Origin: Lophium mytilinum
Taxonomy: Eukaryota
Direction: 5' to 3'
NCBI GenBank assembly: GCA_010093605.1
Contig: MU004188.1
Location: forward strand, 1,367,673-1,431,672
Length of the DNA stretch: 64,000 nt
A program made the position numbers and the translations under genes. Numbering within the stretch: the first letter of the stretch is position 1; every line of letters begins with the position of its first letter. The notes under the pieces are model-generated. The model saw nothing but the letters and a program-made list of their open reading frames with translations. It did not search any database and was not told where the DNA came from. Below are positions 63,623 through 64,000 of the stretch, one piece after another.

Positions 63623-64000
63623 TACTCTACGCCCTCTAACCGCCGCTACTATCTCTATAACCTAAGAGAATATTAAGATTACCTCTTTCTTTAACTAGGT
63701 ACCCCCTAATAAACTCTATAAAGGTAATAAAGAAGCACTTATAAAGAATAGTAAGTACTTCTACTACTACTTCTCTAAATACTTTACCTAAAACCTATAT
63801 TACTCTATAAACTAACTTAATAAACTAGGCTTTACTACTTATTAAATAGATTTAGCGCCCCGTTTTAATAATTATACCGCCTGCATTAAAGAACTCTTAG
63901 ATAATAATAGCTTTAATAACTATAAAACCCTTAATAATAATTACGGCTTAAGCCGCTCTAAAGGTAAGGGTTTTTAGAGAAAAGTAAAGTTATAGACTAT

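Larger units (their letters stand above)
8430..64000. other. AT-rich RIP-degraded heterochromatin-type block made of nested retrotransposons
   Basis: Abrupt composition switch, extreme TpA excess and near absence of CpA/TpG. No long ORFs. Differences between paired LTRs are C/T and G/A transitions. Confidence 0.97.
28975..64000 (+). mobile_element. Ty3/Gypsy element 'E', 5' part only; segments 28975-29529, 46065-47787, 55608-55681, 63336->64000
   Basis: Putative 5' LTR 28975-29218 (TATAATA termini, TATA at ~29105, self-complementary PBS at 29221). Gag remnant PDKFGGDKDKY (~47507) continues in frame across both D insertions. CCHC-like knuckle at ~63756. GGGTTTT slippery site at 63968. pol and 3' LTR are outside the window. 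Confidence 0.78.

Noticed and set aside
8430..64000. Mitochondrial insertion, alternative genetic code or foreign AT-rich DNA
   Set aside because: The TpA-specific bias, transition-type LTR differences and recognisable retrotransposon motifs are fully explained by RIP.

Overview
Fungal (Pezizomycotina, probably Dothideomycete-type) genomic DNA with two sharply separated compartments. Bases 1 to about 8430 are GC-balanced and gene-dense, with three spliced genes: a large coiled-coil protein (5' end outside the window), the NDR kinase COT-1/Cbk1, and the RNA polymerase shared subunit RPB12/RPC10. From about 8430 to the end is an AT-rich block degraded by repeat-induced point mutation (RIP), with no intact ORF. 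It resolves almost base by base into a four-level retrotransposon nest. A Ty1/Copia host carries an apparent extra ORF 3' of pol and contains chromovirus A, a full-length Tad1-like LINE and Gypsy E. E contains chromovirus B (which contains chromovirus C) and two head-to-head copies of chromovirus D, forming a 15.5-kb inverted repeat with a 79-bp spacer. Target-site duplications (TSDs) were read for all six complete elements. Fossil cis-signals survive RIP in all six Gypsy copies: Tf1-type self-priming PBS complementarity and -1 frameshift slippery sites (with a downstream hairpin wherever the window extends far enough). I found no clearly new biological system. The best novelty candidate is the extra Copia ORF. 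De-RIP readings are my by-eye reconstructions, not alignments.
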